From an uncultured delta proteobacterium (lineage in GTDB: Bacteria > Myxococcota_A > Polyangia > Fen-1088), in assembly GCA_963755125.1 (NCBI GenBank), contig CAVWIP010000007.1, positions 32,001 to 96,000 of the forward strand: a DNA stretch of 64,000 nucleotides, read 5' to 3'. The notes under the pieces were generated by a model. That model worked only from the letters and a program-made list of their open reading frames with translations. It had not been told where the DNA came from and ran no database searches. The translations under genes were made by a program, and so were the position numbers. Shown here in pieces: positions 63,397-64,000 of the stretch (positions within the stretch are counted from its first letter, which is position 1; each line of letters starts with the position of its first letter).

Positions 63397-63999
63397 TCAA
63401 CGCGAGGCGGACGACTCGGCTCCCAGTCTTCGCGGATTGGTTGGAGCGTATGGTGTCGGCTCCCCAGCGATCTCTTGTTGCAGGGCGTGGAGGGCGTCCT
63501 GGCACACCGCCATCGCCTTGCGCTTCTGATCGAGCGAGATGGCGAGCGAGCGTACGTTGGTGTTCTCGCGCGAGAGGGAGAGGATCTGCGCGCGCAACTC
63601 GCCGAATCGCGCGTAGCTAGTCCGGGCGGTCGCCAGATCCGAGTCGGCGCGGAGATCAGGTTGCGCGGCCAGGCTGTCGAGCGCCGCGTGCACCTCGCGA
63701 TCGTCCTTGGCCATCAGGGCCTCCATCTCATCCATCCTTGAGTCGCTCTGCTCGGCGATGTGCGGGGCAAGGCGCGTCTCGAGACGTAAGGCTGCCGCCT
63801 GGGCACCCGCCGCGAGCAGGAGCATCTTCTGCGGCGAGGTTGCGTGCTTGGCGAGAAAGCGTGAAAGAGCCGCGTCCATTTCTTTCGCGGCCTCGGCCGC
63901 CGGGCCGAACGCCAGCGCGAAAGCCTTGATGTTGGTGTTCCTGACCGCCAAGCCGAGCAGATCGTGGTCGATCCGTTGATATTCGGTGAAGCACTCGGA
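63397..63999 (-). CDS. Tandem four-helix-bundle (MCP sensor-like) protein, 5'-truncated by window edge
   Basis: Frame open to the edge; internal repeat LLGLAVRNTNIKA / ILSLSRENTNVRS; no TM before the stop. Confidence 0.65.
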   Translation of the reverse strand, partial: SECFTEYQRIDHDLLGLAVRNTNIKAFALAFGPAAEAAKEMDAALSRFLAKHATSPQKMLLLAAGAQAAALRLETRLAPHIAEQSDSRMDEMEALMAKDDREVHAALDSLAAQPDLRADSDLATARTSYARFGELRAQILSLSRENTNVRSLAISLDQKRKAMAVCQDALHALQQEIAGEPTPYAPTNPRRLGAESSASR

Positions 64000-64000
64000 G

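Overview
High-GC (roughly two-thirds G+C by eye) bacterial chromosomal segment whose gene content points to Myxococcota: a pilB-pilT-pilC-pilS pilus block, TIGR02266-like PilZ proteins, an OmpA protein with TSP3 repeats, Ser/Thr (pseudo)kinases, an FHA/DUF4388 protein and a myxosortase-like CPBP protease. About 52 protein genes are supportable. Housekeeping genes include yidC, trmB, uvrB, uvrA, thiE, lysA, greB, ferritin, aroB, trpS, HU/IHF and a cyclophilin. There are also polyamine genes (fold-III ornithine decarboxylase, deoxyhypusine-synthase-like), four GT-C-type membrane glycosyltransferases and several Pro/Ala-rich membrane proteins. I saw no rRNA, tRNA, CRISPR array, integrase or intact transposase. 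The most unusual signals are: (1) an RluA/RluD gene whose S4 domain lies in 72 codons with no ATG/GTG/TTG, exactly in frame behind the TAG of an RRM gene; (2) a 164-bp mrr restriction-gene scar joining only the N- and C-termini; (3) repeated -10 boxes 6-8 nt before SD-less start codons, suggesting leaderless mRNAs; (4) a REP-like palindrome read in frame inside a leaderless ORF; (5) a Zn-finger protein with tandem [DE]RRxxxR motifs; (6) an orphan FliJ/SctO-like gene head-to-head with a kinase; (7) three apparent pseudoenzymes. All family calls come from motif recognition by eye; no database searches were run.
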